NCBI GenBank assembly: GCA_001662655.1
Contig: KV460288.1
Direction: 5' to 3' (one strand)
DNA: 64,000 nucleotides
From: Pseudogymnoascus verrucosus
Lineage: Eukaryota
Under the pieces are notes generated by a model that ran no database searches, was not told where the DNA came from, and saw nothing but the letters and a program-made list of their open reading frames with translations. The translations under genes and the position numbers were made by a program. Below are positions 25,463-35,782 of this stretch, in pieces; the stretch's first letter is position 1, and each line of letters starts with the position of its first letter.

Positions 25463-26842
25463 TCAGCAGGATGTCTTCCCAGCGTAGATGGCCAGCGCAG
25501 TATCGGAGGCCAGGGTGGCGGTGAACTGGCCGCTCGAATTCACCGTAACGTAGGTGTTGCTCTGGACATTGCAGTACGTCCCTGCAGACAGTGAAGTTTG
25601 GAATGTCTGGGTCACGGAACCCGATTCGTGGTTAATGGCGACGTATCCCTTGCTACCGCGTCCGAAACCGATGGCATTGTTGCCATTGTCCCACCAGTTT
25701 GTCAGCGCTTGGCCGCGGACGGCGTTGCGGAAGGCGACCATGCGCATGATCTCCGCCCAGGCGTGCTGACATTTCCACCCGTTCTGCCAGCAGGCGCTGA
25801 CAGCGCCGTTGTTAGGTGGTCCAGCGTCGTTGTCGGAGAATTCGTAGCCGGAGTGAACATCCGGGGCGCCGTAGGGGTGGGCGAGCATGAAGACGGAAGC
25901 CAGCGTGTACTTGGCATTGTCCTTGTAATTGAGAGTGGCACCGTTGCGCTCCGTGTCGTGGTTGTCGACGAAGACGGCGGCGACAGAGCTGCCCAAGTAG
26001 CCCCAGCCCTCCCCGAAGTTGCTTAGATAGGCGAGCTTCTCGCTGTTGAAGACACGCTTGAGGTCGTAGGCGTAGCGGAACTCCTGGACGTCGCCGTTTC
26101 CGGTGTATTCTGTGGGCTGGACGGCCTCCCCAGCGCCATAGATGACTTCCTGCTTCCAGTACGCGGCCGGGTTGGCCAGGCGGGACTTGATATTGGCAAG
26201 GTCTTCGGTTGCTATGTGCTTGGCGCCGTCGACGCGGAAGCCGTCGACGCCGAGACTGATCAGGTCGTTTATGTAGCCGGAGATAGCCTTGCGGGGGTAC
26301 TCCTCGTTGGTGTCCAGGTCGGACAGGCCGACAAGTTCGCAGTGCTGGACGTTGAAACGGTCAGCGTAGTTGGAGACCTGCGCGGTGCAGTCGTCGAAGT
26401 CGTAGGAGGAGTACAGGCCCGGGTAGTTGTACTTGGTGTACGACGTTCCACCGGTGCCAGTGCCACTGCCGGCGGACATGTGGTTAATGACGGTGTCGAC
26501 GACGACCTTGACGCCGGCTCCGTGGCAGGTATTAATCATGTTCTGGAAGGACGTGCGGTCGCCGAGGCGGCCGGCAATCTTGTACGACACAGGCTGGTAC
26601 GAGGTCCACCACTGCGCGCCCTGAATATGCTCGGCGGGCGGAGAGACCTGAACATATCCGTAGCCGGCGGGACCGATAGTGTTGGTGCACTCCTTGGCTA
26701 CGGAGTTAAAGTTCCACTCGAAAAGGACGGCAGTGACGTCCTTGGTGCCGGGCGGTGAGGCATTGACGACAGGAGGGGTCACGACCATGAGGCCCGCGGC
26801 TATCAGCGCCACGGCTGGAGCGAGGCCGGTCTTGCGTGCCAT
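25463..26842 (-). CDS. Secreted alpha-amylase, GH13 of actinobacterial type (GH13_32-like), intronless
   Basis: Signal peptide followed by [51 protein letters not shown] (nucleophile Asp), KQEVI (acid Glu) and FVDNHD. GC-rich codon usage. Confidence 0.95.
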   Translation of the reverse strand: MARKTGLAPAVALIAAGLMVVTPPVVNASPPGTKDVTAVLFEWNFNSVAKECTNTIGPAGYGYVQVSPPAEHIQGAQWWTSYQPVSYKIAGRLGDRTSFQNMINTCHGAGVKVVVDTVINHMSAGSGTGTGGTSYTKYNYPGLYSSYDFDDCTAQVSNYADRFNVQHCELVGLSDLDTNEEYPRKAISGYINDLISLGVDGFRVDGAKHIATEDLANIKSRLANPAAYWKQEVIYGAGEAVQPTEYTGNGDVQEFRYAYDLKRVFNSEKLAYLSNFGEGWGYLGSSVAAVFVDNHDTERNGATLNYKDNAKYTLASVFMLAHPYGAPDVHSGYEFSDNDAGPPNNGAVSACWQNGWKCQHAWAEIMRMVAFRNAVRGQALTNWWDNGNNAIGFGRGSKGYVAINHESGSVTQTFQTSLSAGTYCNVQSNTYVTVNSSGQFTATLASDTALAIYAGKTSC

Positions 26843-27110
26843 GATGGAGGTTTCGGAGCCTTCGCGGAAACTTTTACACCAACAGTGTCAAGGGCTTAGG
26901 AGTACAGAGAACACACACAACAGAATAGAACAAACTTGGTAATATTGACTGCTGTATGATGAAGAGGAAGGAGAGAACATCTACCTATTATATGTCTTCG
27001 TTCGTACGAGATGGGACAATGTTCAATGGGAAATCCTAAGCACGAGCTTGCTACCTAGTAGTTAGGCCATCATTTAGAATCGTCCAAATCATCACATTTG
27101 ACCGAGCGAG

Positions 27111-27494
27111 AAATTTCCGCGGCTTGGAATTCATTTACTTGCGTTAGTGAGAATGATATTCACGCTGGGTCCCTTCCTCGTCTAGCGCGCTAAAAATCGA
27201 CCCCGCCATCTACATGTTACCTAGTTGGTCGGGCCGTTATCCACGTGCCGTACCCAGTCGGCCCGTTATCAGGTTTAAAGCTTCTAGTCGGTCCTTTGTT
27301 TATGTGCCTCATCGACAAACATTGCAAATCTTACAGGACCGTGCCTCGGCCCAGGCGGCTTGCTCTTAGAAAGTAGTGCCGCTAGTTTACCCCGTGGGGT
27401 TGCAGTGCGTTCTAGACGGAAGTGGTTCCTGCCTTATATGTCGCAGGCCCTGCGGCGGTATTAAGTTGGCACTAGAAAGCTAGACTATGCGGGG
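27111..27494 (-). promoter_or_regulatory. Candidate AmyR-type (CGGAAATTT) and CreA-type (SYGGRG) sites upstream of the amylase
   Basis: AAATTTCCG at 27111-27119. SYGGRG matches at 27201-27206, ~27394-27399 and 27489-27494. Repeated GTCGG(G/C)CCGTTATC at ~27228 and ~27257. Confidence 0.4.
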
Positions 27495-27932
27495 TGCAGG
27501 CTAGGATTACATGCTGTCTCGGCCGTTAATAAATCTTCGGCAAATCTTTATAGTTTGTACGTACGCCGCCTATTGGTGCAAACCCAAGAACATTGATGTG
27601 CCCCACGTTTTAAGTTTCACCCGCCATGCAAGCCTCCAACGCACCCCTCGCCCATTTTCCGGGGTGGTTGGGGAGGAAGTCATGCCAATCCGTCCAGTGT
27701 CTTCTTCCCCACGTTCATCACTAGCGTCCATAAGATCATCATGGCCTTCCCAATGCAGTGACCAAGAAGACGATGGCAATTCTAGCGGAGGGTTGCGTTT
27801 TGTATTTCTAATCACAGCTATAGGCTGAGAAAATACTTTCTTCGTGCTTAGATGAGCTAGCTGGTGCGTTTGTGCATATATTCTAACACTACTCTTACAG
27901 ATATTGAGCCATCTCGCCGAACCAGTCCGCAT

Positions 27933-29497
27933 CTATAGTGGCCAAGGTTTGCCTATTGGTGGTCTCTCTTCTACAGACGTAGAGTTACCCCTTCCGTAGG
28001 TGCCGATGTCGGCTTCCTCCTCGTGCACGTAGGCGTCATTGTTACTCCTTGACATTGAGCGGTCGCTCACTGTGTAGAGTCTCTCCCTCTGGTTGGCACT
28101 GTTCCTCCAAGACGTTGAGCGACCTCCCGCAGTGTAGAATCTCCCTCCCTGGTTCATGTATGTGGCATCGCTCCTCGTGGACGCTGAGCGGGTCCTGTCA
28201 TCGCCTGACCGTCCATAACGGGCAGTTTCTTCCCCTAGATAGTGTCTCTGTGTTGGCTGCATGTATGCATCATCATCACTCCCTGTGTACGAGAAATCCT
28301 CATCCGATGAAGGTGTATAGTCGTTCTTCCGTGCCCGGCTCAAGTTATCCATGTCGTAACTACGCTCAGCTCCTTCACTAGAAGGCATATCATTTATCGG
28401 GGAATTGGCGACTGTCTCATTAGGAGCTGCCCACCGAGTCTTTCTGCGCTCCTTCCTGTCTTCGGGCTCAAAATACCGGTGTATGACCGACCCTATGATC
28501 GCAAAAAGAGCAGCCACCCAAGGCCCCCACTGCCCAACGGCATTAGGGTTCTCTTCAACAGGGATGTTTCGCATCGACCACTCGATCATAATCACAAGTG
28601 GTACCCACACGACTGACCCGATGCTAACACATACCCCTATCAATGCATATCCCTCCTTATCGGATGCGGGGCCATACCCAGATCGCATTTGCGGCTCGTC
28701 GCTTGCCGCCTCATATCGCTCATAAAACGTCTTGTCTAGACTCATAAACGATAAATAATCCCAATCGCTGCCATCAAGCCGGAGAAAATAGTACAAATTG
28801 TTAGGCCCCAATCACCAAGCGCGCCGTTCACAGGAGCCCCCCAGATAACCGTAGCCGCCTCTTGAGGCTTCAGTACGGATCCGCGTGTGAGAAAGCAGTC
28901 ATATATGCATTCGAGGTTTTGCCTTCCATTAAGTTGCGCAAGGCCTGTGAGTAGGGTCTTGTCTGGCAAGAAGCATGCCACCTCTGCATTGCTATTCTGT
29001 GGGGGACCACCTGCGTCGTTGACGAGAAATAAGGCTAGAGTTCCGGTGATGATCATAGTGATAAACCAGAACTTAACGACTGCCACCCCTGCCAGGTTCT
29101 TACGCAATGTCGACGAGAAGCAAATGAAAGCTAGGAACATGGTCACGCTCACCATGGCTATTAAAGCAATGCTTAGTGAGTCGAGGTCCAGGATGGGTGG
29201 GTTCCGCCAGTGAGTTGCAAAGATGATAAAGATGTGGATCGCTGTCGTGGCGCTGAAGGTCATGGCTGAGGCAAGGGCGCCGATGACAAGCCACTCAAAA
29301 TGCTGCCCGCAGACGGCAAAGATGAGAGATACGTAGAAGAGTACCCGAGGGAGGACGCCGTACTGTCCGCTCATGGGATACACGCAAGAGACTTGATCGT
29401 CGACAGATGTGTCGTTAGAAGGTGCGTAGGCTGAGGCGTGAGTAACGAGGAGGGCAATAGCGCACAAGACGAACCGGAAGAAGCGATGAGAAAACAT
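27933..29497 (-). pseudogene. Multi-pass membrane protein with signal peptide, split by a 1-nt frameshift near 28745 (pseudogene or sequence error)
   Basis: ORF 28742-29497 (CVYPMSGQYGVLPRVLFY, TM helices) and ORF 27933-28811 (EENPNAVGQWGPWVAA) overlap in different frames, with no usable intron signals between them. Confidence 0.65.
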
Positions 29498-31270
29498 GTT
29501 GAAGATGATAAAGCGTGCAGTAGTATGGAGCTATCTGACGAGGATTCTAAAGACTAGACTGCCCATAATAATGAAGGTATAATAAAGAGTGGAAATCAGA
29601 GTCGCGCAAGGTTAGAAGCCGTCGGGAGTGCCTATTTGGAGTATAGTGAGTACTGAGAACGCTGACTATTTGGTGCCCTGGAGTAGCGAGTAAGCAGAAA
29701 GAATGTAACAGGGAACTGCAGGTGTATCGAAAAGTTACGGAAGAGAAGAAGGAGACGGGAGAGAAAAAAAGAAACGGGAATATATAAGGCTATCAACTCA
29801 GCCAGGCACGGAGTGTCGGTGGAGATATTTCCGTTGAGCTTGTATGTACGACTCTCAGGGGGCAAGGCGCAGCAAATGAGCAGTTGCACAGCCAGGCACC
29901 GGCAGCCATAGGTAAGACACGGCAGTAGCTAGGCATTTGTGAGGCAGGGAAAAAGGGGGGGAGCCGATTTGCCAATGTCTCTGGCGCTGAGGTTGAAGCT
30001 ATGACAATAGCTGTCACTTCGAGATGTACTTGGCAACAAACCAATACGCCCCATGGTAATATGAAAGACCCCAAAATCGGAAATCTTATACCTCCCCCGT
30101 CTTTGGTTTAACAGCGCTTCGCCCTGTCTGTCCCCTAGGCGCTTCAGAGCGCCCTGGCAGGCATACATACCAGTAACCATATAAACAGGTCGACTAAATT
30201 TGGCTGCTTATTATCCTATTCCTGGTACCTTACATGCTTGTTGTAGATATAGTTGAGCCGCGCGCAGCTGGTCTTTCTTGGCTGTTTCGTCAACCTATCT
30301 AGAAGCTTTCTCTAGCCACGCACGTCAACACGGCAGACAGTCTTGAATTTCCCGCGGAGCCTTGCCACCCTGAAGTATCATAGGAGCCAATAGGTTACCA
30401 CGTACTAATCTCTGATGGTTCAGGCCCTGCGGTTCCTTCCGCGCCGCGTCCCGTCAAGCGACTAATAATTACACCGCACATATACAATGTGAGTTTCCCA
30501 TGGATTCCCACAGTGACTTGAGTTGGCGCCGGGCGTCGGTAGGATTGCAGCATCGACAGTGTCTAAATATAATCGTGAGAATGTGCATGCTATATTGATC
30601 TAGCTATGATGCCACTCGATATACTCTGAGTTCTAGCTCTTGGGCTAGTCTCAGAGGAAGCCCATCCTCGTCGGCAGAGCTGATCTCCAGTGATCGCCCC
30701 CAGCATTGGCGCCAAGTTGTGTGGGCTGCGGAGATACGTACGTTCTAGCTCAATATCTCGCCGCTGCTGCGACGTCTCTGGGCGAAGAGGTGCTTGAGCA
30801 GCATATAGGTGACAAGACGCGAAATGAAGGAAGGTCCTGGGATTTTGAGTTTCGTTAAATTAGGCTGGGGCCCGACGCCACACGTCTGTGGCGTCACTCA
30901 TCAGCTCTTTGCCAACCCCTTCATCTAGATAATATATCCGGTTATCCCCAACACACGGGTAATTATGCTGCATGTGACTCTGGCTCTCTGCCTCCCATGA
31001 CTATGGCAGCCTGGGGCTGGTTTGCAACAGGCTCATACGGCTTCGTTGCTAACGTGAGTAATAATTTTGACAAACCTGCAAGTCCTCATCCAGTCTACTC
31101 ATACAGTATACTCCGAACCAGTTCATTCCACTCCCACATCTATACCGCCTTTTATTTTATTTTCAGCTCAGCACTACGCACCTTCCCTACCTATTCAACT
31201 TGCTACCCACCAAGCTGTTGAGTGGCGGTCTCTTCCGGCATCCATTCACGACGCACTATGCACTGCGAAG

Positions 31271-32803
31271 ATGGCATTTAACTCTCTGCCAAACGAAATA
31301 CTCGCCCAAATATGTTCTTGTTTGTGTTTTCACTGCCGAAACCCCGGAATGTTCCCAAACTCAAACACTAAAGAGTCACGCATGGACAAGATTACGCTGG
31401 CGCGTCTGTGCCGAGCGTCAAAGATGCTATGCTCCTTCGCGCAGCCTGTCCTATTTCACTACTATGCGACTGGCAATCTCGCTCGATCGGTCCGCACCGA
31501 TTTTCAGGAGTATAATCGCAGTTGGGATGTCGAATACTGGAATTTTGAAGACGATAAACTCCCAGCCTTCCTTCGCTCTCTCATAACCCGTCCTGACTTG
31601 GCGCTTTGCGTTAAATCGCTACAGCTTCAGGGCTTTGGGGATCAAGATCTTTGCAGCCCTGAGCTCATGCGGCTTCTTTTTAATGCTGGTAACGCACTTA
31701 ATTTTAAGCCCCCAGCTGGCTGGCGCTGGAAGGGTTGGGCTGAAGAGCCTGAGGACTGGTCTGATTATGAGCCGCCTACCAACCGCACTTATATCGTATC
31801 TTATGAGAATTTCCACCCTGACTTCCTTGATTTCCACGATTGGCTTAGGGCACTAGCAATCGCTCTTACACCACGCACTGAAATGCTAATGTATATTTGC
31901 GAAGGGCTTTCCGAATTGGATTCGTTCAAGGAGACCAAAACGGTGCTACCAGCGCTCAAGACACTCGCACTGAGGGGCGCTAATGATGAAGACTATTTTT
32001 TGTCTAGCATACACCCCCTCCTTACCGTTGCGCCGAACCTAGAGACATTATATGCGCTAGATTGCAATGGCGTAAAAAATAGTCCGTCTAGATATTCTTT
32101 AGTGGCTAAAGGGGATATGTGGATAGAAAACCTTGCTGTTAACAAGGTGCATAAGTTAGTGCTTGATGAGATTCCTCCAGCAGTATTTGAGAAGTTGATA
32201 GAGCGATTTGTTCAATTGGAAGATCTTGAGTACTACATCTATAGTTGGGCGAACTATCCTAATATTATGCAAGCTATTTCTCCGACGAAAGGGAGGCTTA
32301 GGAGGCTCTGTTTTGGATATTTACCACCACCTGCACCCGGCCACTACGAGAGCAGGCTACCAGACAACGACTATGCAACCATCACATCATTGCAGGAATT
32401 CACTCAGCTCGAGGAACTCGTTATTGACCAGGCACTGCTCTACCGCAAATCTGATGGTCCTAAAGGCACAATACTAGTGACACTGCTACCCTCTATTCGA
32501 AGAATACATCTCACGTATGTATACAAGAGCATGTACGAAGATTTGATGAGCCTCGCCCATGAAGCACCAAGAAGCTTTCCTAATCTTCGAAGCCTAAAGA
32601 TCGGTCTCTCGAGTCCAATACCTCCCAACAGAATAGCGGAGATTGAGAAAATGAAAGCAGTGGAATCTACCTTTGTCAGTATGGGCGTGCATGTGTCATG
32701 GGCGGAGGATTTGAAGGGGCCGTTTTTGTACACGGCGATTCCGGGCGGAGCTCCCGGCTTGACGGTAACCCATGTGCCTGCCTCCTCGGGAGTATGGGAG
32801 TAA
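31271..32803 (+). CDS. F-box-like / leucine-rich-repeat protein, intronless
   Basis: N-terminal FNSLPNEILAQIC...LARLCRASKMLCSFAQPVLF, then LRR-like segments (LPALKTLAL, APNLETLY, FTQLEELVI, FPNLRSLKI). Confidence 0.8.
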   Translation: MAFNSLPNEILAQICSCLCFHCRNPGMFPNSNTKESRMDKITLARLCRASKMLCSFAQPVLFHYYATGNLARSVRTDFQEYNRSWDVEYWNFEDDKLPAFLRSLITRPDLALCVKSLQLQGFGDQDLCSPELMRLLFNAGNALNFKPPAGWRWKGWAEEPEDWSDYEPPTNRTYIVSYENFHPDFLDFHDWLRALAIALTPRTEMLMYICEGLSELDSFKETKTVLPALKTLALRGANDEDYFLSSIHPLLTVAPNLETLYALDCNGVKNSPSRYSLVAKGDMWIENLAVNKVHKLVLDEIPPAVFEKLIERFVQLEDLEYYIYSWANYPNIMQAISPTKGRLRRLCFGYLPPPAPGHYESRLPDNDYATITSLQEFTQLEELVIDQALLYRKSDGPKGTILVTLLPSIRRIHLTYVYKSMYEDLMSLAHEAPRSFPNLRSLKIGLSSPIPPNRIAEIEKMKAVESTFVSMGVHVSWAEDLKGPFLYTAIPGGAPGLTVTHVPASSGVWE

Positions 32804-33387
32804 TACGAATGTGTTCAAAATGGGTTCTGGTTATGAATAAATTGAAAGGTTGATGGGAGTTTTGAGTTTTAATTATAAAACAAAACCTGCAACTACACCT
32901 ACTTCGACGACTATAAAAATGCTCATTACTCGCTACATTCACGAGAACAGAGACTTCTTCACTTCCGCTGCTGATCAATAATCTCCCTCGCTGCTAATTG
33001 CCGCTTTCGAACATCATCAGTGCTATGATGGCCTTCACCACAATCCTTTTCCGTAGTCGAGTAGAATGTTTCATGAACATCCTAAATTAGCATATTTTGC
33101 AAAGGTAATACGGGCGGAAAGACGTTACTAAGAAAGCTTAACTAGCGAAGCTCCTCAGGGTCCAAAGGCATGAGTGGTTACCTGAAGAGCGAAGGGGTTA
33201 GTTGAGGAAATTAAGCCATTGACACTTGGATTAAGCCATCGCTAACTGAAATACCCATGAGTCGCTTTAAGTGAATCGGTTCAGAAAAAAACAAGCCAGA
33301 ATTAACAGCCAGCCGTAGTAAACAGTCACTCTATTAGGTCGTATGTGAATGTTTTTCGATTGTGGTGAAATATAAGAAGTGATAGAG

Positions 33388-33724
33388 GTTAAATGGAGGA
33401 CAGATCCTGGGACTTGTCATTTCCGCTATGTATAATTTCTACGTTTATTAATCTGGAGACTCCAATCGTCGGAACCGACCCTAAGGCTTACCTGAGTGAA
33501 ACGAAAGCTTGGTTTCGATGATCATCATCTACTGAGTGAGACGAGTGAACTCGACCGGTGCCATAAGAATCGGTAGCGCTAGCAACCTAAGCGCTGACGC
33601 TGACGGCTATGCAAATTGGCTCTTTGATATCGTTACCAGCCTCGTAAAACCAGCCAATCGCAAAATCTACCATTTTATATCCAATCAATTTACCAGGGTT
33701 AGCTGTAATGTCATATAGTTAAGA
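33388..33724 (+). repeat. Copy B of the dispersed structured non-coding element
   Basis: Same orientation as copy A. Stems at 33465-33478/33509-33522, 33575-33580/33590-33595 and 33699-33707/33714-33722. Confidence 0.75.
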
Positions 33725-34023
33725 ATTCTACATACGGAGATAATACTGTTGCGCCTATATAATGCCCCCTCACCGCCTTTTGGCAGTACCCCCGCACTCC
33801 GTTATTGGGCCAAGCCACGCTCTTCTCCACCTTCCCGTCGCTTGGTCGGAGCCGAGGCATCCTCGGAGTTGGGGACTGGGGTAATGGCTAGGCTTTTAAA
33901 GGCTTCTATATCTCCAATTCAACTTGTTTATACTTTCTTCTCTCATCTGTTATAGAATTACTTACCAGAGTCGTCCTTTACCTCGCCATAACACACTCCC
34001 AATCCCATCTTCCAACCATTACA

Positions 34024-35105
34024 ATGCGTGGAATCCAAGTCTCCAAATACGTCGACGTAAGCAGCCATCCCTCTCACCCCATTTTCCTCAGACTCTCCAA
34101 ACTCTCAACTAACACCTCCCCTTCTAGGGCCCCTCCGCCCTCACCGTCACAACTCACCCCACCCCCTCCCCTTCCCCCAACCTCTACCAGATCACCATCC
34201 ACGCCACCGCAGCCAACTTCTTCGACCTCCTCCAAATCCAAGGGAAATACCAGCACCAGCCCCCCCTTCCCTGGATCTCCGGCTCCGAATTTGCCGGCGT
34301 CATCACTGCGCTCCCTACCTCGCCTTCTTCCCGGCCAAAATTCAAGCTCGGCGACCGCGTCTTCGGCGCCGCGCAGGGAGGGTTCGCTACTCATGTTCTC
34401 GCGCCGGAGGGATCCCTCCGCGCTGTGCCGAGGGGCTGGACCTTTGATGATGCGGCGGGCTTGTTCGTCACTGCGCCTACGGGATACGGTGCGTTAGTCA
34501 CCCGCGCGAATGTGCAGAAGGGCGAGTGGGTGCTGGTCCACGCCGCCGCCGGAGGAGTTGGCTTGGCTGCTGTACAGGTTGCGAAGGCGAGGGGTGCGAA
34601 GGTTATCGCTACCGCGGGAACGGCGGCGAAGTTGGCGGTGGCGAAGAGCTTCGGGGCTGACTACGGCATCAATTATGGGGATAAGAAGTGGGTCGAGGAG
34701 GTTATGAAGATCACAGGAGGGAAGGGGGTTGATGTTGTGTTTGACCCTGTTGGAATGGTGGATATTTCGCTCAAGTGCACAGCGTGGAATGGACGGATTG
34801 TGGTTGTTGGGTTTGCAGCGGGGACGATCGAGAAGGTTGCTATGAACAGGGTGTTGTTGAAGAATGTGAGTCTTGTTGGACTGCACTGGGGACGCTATGT
34901 TAAGGAGGAGCCGGCGATGGTGGAGGAGGTATGGGCGGGGATTTTTGAGATGATTGAGCGCGGGCAGTTCAGGGGGACGGTGTTTACAGACAAGGCGTAT
35001 GTTGGGTTGGAGACTGTGCCAGCGGCGTTGGAGGCGCTGGGGAGTAGAGGGACGTGGGGGAAGGTGGTTATCAAGGTGCCACAGGGGGATTCGTCGAAGT
35101 TGTAA
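34024..35105 (+). CDS. NADPH:quinone oxidoreductase-like (zeta-crystallin/MDR family); intron 34057-34127
   Basis: Motifs ANFFDLLQIQGKYQ, GSEFAG, VLVHAAAGGVGLAAVQ and GKGVDVVFDPVG. Confidence 0.9.
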
Positions 35106-35782
35106 GGAGGGTATGTTATGTACGCTTATGAAGGTGTGAGCTAGCTCGCCTGGGATGTCAATATGTCCAATATGTCCAATATCTCGCTTTATTGTTCTCA
35201 TTAAAATGTGATAAATCCATGCAGCTAAGCGCTTTGTTGCGTTTGTGGTGGTGGTGGCTGTAAGCATGTGGTTGGATGGTGGCATTGGCGGCGGGCGGAG
35301 AAAGGGTTGGATGTCGATAGAAGATACTCTAGAGATGGACCCCTACAGTTGTGTACTCTGTCATTAAACCCTCAGAACATTGTCTTTCTAAATAACTTCA
35401 CGTCCTCCGCATTTCTTCCTTGTGTGTGGAAAGTTGAATTTAACCACCAACTATATTGTACTATAGCTTGTTTAACACAGCTTATATAATAAGTAAGTCC
35501 CAACTTAATATCTATGAGGTCGATCTTCCATGTCATTCGCCAGTCGTCCACTTCCCCCACGATTGGCGATTAGCGATTAGCGGCGAGGCTCCCTTGACCT
35601 TAACGTCATCCAGAAGCCCTCAGTCCCTCATTGCCTGACAACACAATCAGCTGCATTTGCAAAACGAACAGTTGCAGAAATACTATTCGCAGTTCTATTC
35701 GCAACCCACGTACTTATCCGCAGATACAGAACCTCACACGCTCCTACTCTCCGACAGATCGCGGCACCTCATAACGCCAACC

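Noticed and set aside
26886..26891. Surviving bacterial sigma70 promoter (TTGACA) upstream of the amylase
   Set aside because: No -10 hexamer at 16-18 bp spacing and no Shine-Dalgarno.
31067..31270. TTG/GTG-initiated N-terminal extensions (also 43024-43296, 35657-35782, 21283-21306)
   Set aside because: Artefacts of bacterial-style start calling; the first ATG fits the domain starts.
33490..33545. Hammerhead ribozyme core (CTGAGTGA...CGAAA)
   Set aside because: It does not match CUGANGA, has no stem II, and is absent from copy A.
13000..33900. Starship giant transposon as the explanation for the island
   Set aside because: No tyrosine-recombinase captain (DUF3435) ORF or recognisable boundary repeats in the window.
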